Origin: Psammoneis japonica
Taxonomy: Eukaryota
Reading direction: 5' to 3'
Length of the DNA: 64,000 nucleotides
NCBI GenBank assembly: GCA_008632985.1
Contig: QPGO01000009.1
Location: forward strand, 248,001-312,000
Below are positions 61,230 through 64,000 of the stretch, one piece after another; position 1 is the first letter of the stretch, and every line of letters starts with the position of its first letter. Made by a program: the position numbers and the translations under genes. The notes beneath the pieces are model-generated. The model saw nothing but the letters and a program-made list of their open reading frames with translations. It was not told the DNA's origin and did no database searches.

Positions 61230-62464
61230 ACAGAGAAAAAACTCTTGCCCACTGTGGTCTGATGTCATGAAACGTGCCCACTCCATGACCCTTGAGATCT
61301 GAGACACACCATGTGAGCACAAATGGGAAATTTGAAGGCAACTGCAACATGTCATCTGGGCCCACTGTGGACAACTGTCTCAACTGCAAAGAGAAATCCA
61401 CACACATCACCCTCCTTGTGGTTGATCACACCTTGGCTCTCAGTCCAGGACACTTGCTTGCCTCACCCACACTGGCTTTCTTGTGTGCTGCTGCTTCCAG
61501 CTCCTCATGCTCCACCCTGGACCTGTGCTTCCTCTCTTCCACAGCTGTCTGCCTTCAACGCATTTCATTTCATGACAAACTCCCCACAATGCCCATTTCC
61601 ATCCACTGTGGCCATTTGGAAATCACAGTGTTTTTCCAATGTGTGTTTTTGCACTGTGTGTCACTCTGCTGTGTCCAAAGCATCAGCAAAGCTGTTGCCC
61701 AGTTGACAGCAGACTGGCTTGCCCAACATGCCCTGAAGCTCACTGCCCCCTCTCTGCCACACTCACTGCCATCCCATCCACCTTTCATGTGCAGCACTTC
61801 TTCACACCCCTTTGTCATCCTCTCTTGCTCCACACCCCTGGGCAATGCAGCACACGACTCCATTCTAGCCAGTGGAGAGAGCTGGCTGTTAACCTGCACA
61901 AAAAGGAAAAATTCTGCAGGCCAACACAATGCATGGTTGGAGAGACACCCAGTCTCGAACATTTCCATTTCAAGCGGTTTTGTGGCGCTAATGCAGGAAG
62001 ATGAGGTGCCAGCAGATGAACAGTTGGATTGAAAACTGTAAGACGAAAGGAACAAGGACAAATGTGACATTTTAAGAGCTTTACAACCATCTAATTTTGA
62101 TTGGAAGGAGAGGCTACAACCTTTCGCTGTGGTTTCAAGGCAACGAAGCCATCAGGGGGCGAATAGTTCAGCTCTCCATGGATGAAAAGAATTCTAGATT
62201 ACAGCCTTGTTCACCACAGAAGCAGCTCCCTACTCGAGCACAAAGAAGGACTCGTTCATCCAAACGCCAACATTTTCCTTGGTTGACCCACCAGTTCGGA
62301 AACGATGGCATTCGAGTCACTCGGAAAATCGACCATCACTACCTTTACGGGCATCAAACTTTTGTATTGCTCGCCGCTGGCTGGTTGAAGCAACAAATGG
62401 CCCGAAACCCAAATAGATCCACTCATTGACAGCCTTTAGTAGAGATTGCGTGATGCCTACTTTG

Positions 62465-63353
62465 TTAACCGATAGCTTGGGCATGTCGCTCTGATGCTTG
62501 ACGCGAAATGTGATTTTTTGACTTGCTGCTATCCTCCTCCCGAGATTCCACCAAATAGTGAGACACTACATTGTTTGACACCACGGGATAAACGGCGAGA
62601 GCCTCTTGACAACCTCCAAACAAAGAGTAAACAATTGTTCCAAAGTCATCATGATTTGAGGGCAGCGGACTATCACGTTTCTGGCAGGAATTGCTGGATG
62701 CTTTCCGATGCGCATAGGCGGCATTTGCATAGACCACTTGATACGGATGCTCAGCTTGCATTAATAGTCTACGATAAACAATAGAATACAAATTATAGTT
62801 TGGAATGCACGGTTCGGTCGAATGAAAAAAGAATGAAGCCGTATCTTTGAACGTACCTTGGCAATCGCGTAAAGGAGAGGGTATCTTCGAGTTCCAAGTA
62901 TCCACCGAGCGTCATTCCTGGAAAATGTAATGGTAAATCTCTATTGATGTGACTTTGCTTCTTGCTGTAGATTTGTTGTGATGTCGAAGAGTGCTCTAAA
63001 TATTCCGACAAGAGTTGCGGAATCTCTCGCAGCAAGACCTCTGGAGACGAAAAGATCTGTTGCCTCGGTGATTGGAAGGAACGACTGCGTACAACTTTTG
63101 TCAAAGTCAAGTCGATTTCTGGATGCACATGGCGCCGTTTCCTCTTTTGTCTCGTCATAATTTTCTCAGAGACATGTTTCTCACAAAAGCTTTCGTCTTG
63201 TTCGTCATCGCCATGGTATCCCGCCTCTTCAACAGTGGTATCCAGCGTGTTCTGTGAGGGATCCAACTCCCGAACATGCCGTTGCTCTCTACCAAATGTT
63301 TCCTCGTTTCTTGCATTCATATTAATTATCGTCTCGCGGTATTGTTCTTCCAT
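62465..63353 (-). CDS. Short protein with degenerate C-terminal PAS-like domain (paralogue C); exons 63353-62857 and 62768-62465
   Basis: GTACGT...GTAG intron 62856-62769 joins DTLSFTRLPR^LLMQAEHPYQVVYANAAY. Same intron position and phase as paralogues A and B. Confidence 0.7.
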
Positions 63354-63802
63354 TGTTAAGACGGCAGAGTTTGACGTGCGTCTCCGGCAATTGTGAAGAA
63401 GAAATCAATCACCTGTTCCTGTTGACCATGTCGCAAAGTGATGTGTGGAATGATGGCACATCAAAAAAAAGTGTGGCGAAATCGAATGAATCAGAGGTGT
63501 CGACGTCACTTATGGCTTTGACGTAAGCACGAAATAGTCATTGACCTGCACGCGCGCAACGTGGCAGAAAATCTCTCTCACGTACTGCAAGTACGTACAA
63601 ATTGAAGCAGATGGATTCGACCACTGGTTGAAGTTCAAAAGGTACTTAACAACTCAAATTATAAGATGTGTACATACCTATAGTTTATATGATGTTAGGG
63701 CAATGTAAGAAAGCCGTCCGCACGCCGTCCGACGACGATCGACGCCTCTCATTTTTTCGGCACTTTTGATTTTGAGCGACGCGTGGAGGCGCAAACATCA
63801 CC

Positions 63803-64000
63803 ATGATGTGGAAGCACTGCGACGACGTTTCAGTGTTGCTGATAATAACCATAGCTTTATGCTTTCGACCTACTAATGGATGGAGCGCTTCTTCTTGCGG
63901 TTGTTCCAGAAGCAGAAGGAGCGGAATACATTATTCTCGCCCACCATACCGACCACGCAATGGCAAAAGCGTGATTGACGAAGAAGATGACTACTTCGAG
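63803..64000 (+). CDS. 5' part of a gene with a putative bipartite (signal plus transit) plastid-targeting leader; runs off the window
   Basis: MMWKHCDDVSVLLIITIALCFRPTNG-WSASSCGCSRSRRS... is open to the window end: hydrophobic core, then aromatic W, then a Ser/Arg-rich stretch. Confidence 0.4.
   Translation, partial: MMWKHCDDVSVLLIITIALCFRPTNGWSASSCGCSRSRRSGIHYSRPPYRPRNGKSVIDEEDDYFE

Larger units (their letters stand above)
44930..62030. other. 17-kb TpA- and CpG-depleted block 5 (nested decayed repeats/TE relics)
   Basis: TA and CG are both rare over 17 kb. Track ORFs overlap in all six frames with almost no Tyr because only TGA remains common as a stop. Normal composition resumes at ~62040. 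Confidence 0.9.

Noticed and set aside
56500..62000. Possible transposase, reverse transcriptase, methyltransferase or OTU-like (minus-strand VDGNGHCG near 61600) relics
   Set aside because: No convincing multi-motif match could be read by eye in any frame. A profile search on back-mutated sequence is needed.
44957..62090. Dozens of overlapping Cys/His/Gln/Trp-rich ORFs (also 9.6-15 kb), superficially like metal-binding proteins
   Set aside because: Artefact of TA loss, which removes TAA/TAG stops and Tyr, and of TG/CA excess. No coherent domain was recognised.

Overview
Eukaryotic genomic DNA, most likely a pennate diatom (inferred from short GT-AG introns, a partial gene with a signal peptide plus W/transit-like leader, and diatom-style RxL pro-peptide motifs). 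Intact-looking genes: an EIPR1/TSSC1-like WD40 protein, a repeat-rich orphan ending in RRSPRL/RRSARI motifs, three paralogous Ser-rich proteins with a C-terminal PAS-like domain and a shared intron, a BT1 folate-biopterin transporter, the 7-exon RNA polymerase I largest subunit, and a secreted proline-free Gly-Lys-Asp collagen-like protein. Broken genes: DBP4/DDX10 (with an internal inversion), Mpv17/PMP22 and CNNM/DUF21. The main signal is a set of sharply bounded blocks (~9.5-15.1, ~17.4-19.1, ~22.9-23.5, ~28.5-31 and ~44.9-62.0 kb) in which both CpG and TpA are nearly erased and TpG/CpA is very abundant. Two internal markers give the direction TA->TG/CA: expected Tyr codons of the Mpv17 copy read His/Cys, and the inferred TTAA target-site duplications of a piggyBac-like MITE read TCAA and TTGA. 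Surviving TAs are mostly in YTAR context. This points to a domain-targeted A:T->G:C hypermutation process at TpA, opposite in direction to fungal RIP, overlaid on CpG decay. All compositional statements are by eye; no counts or database searches were run.
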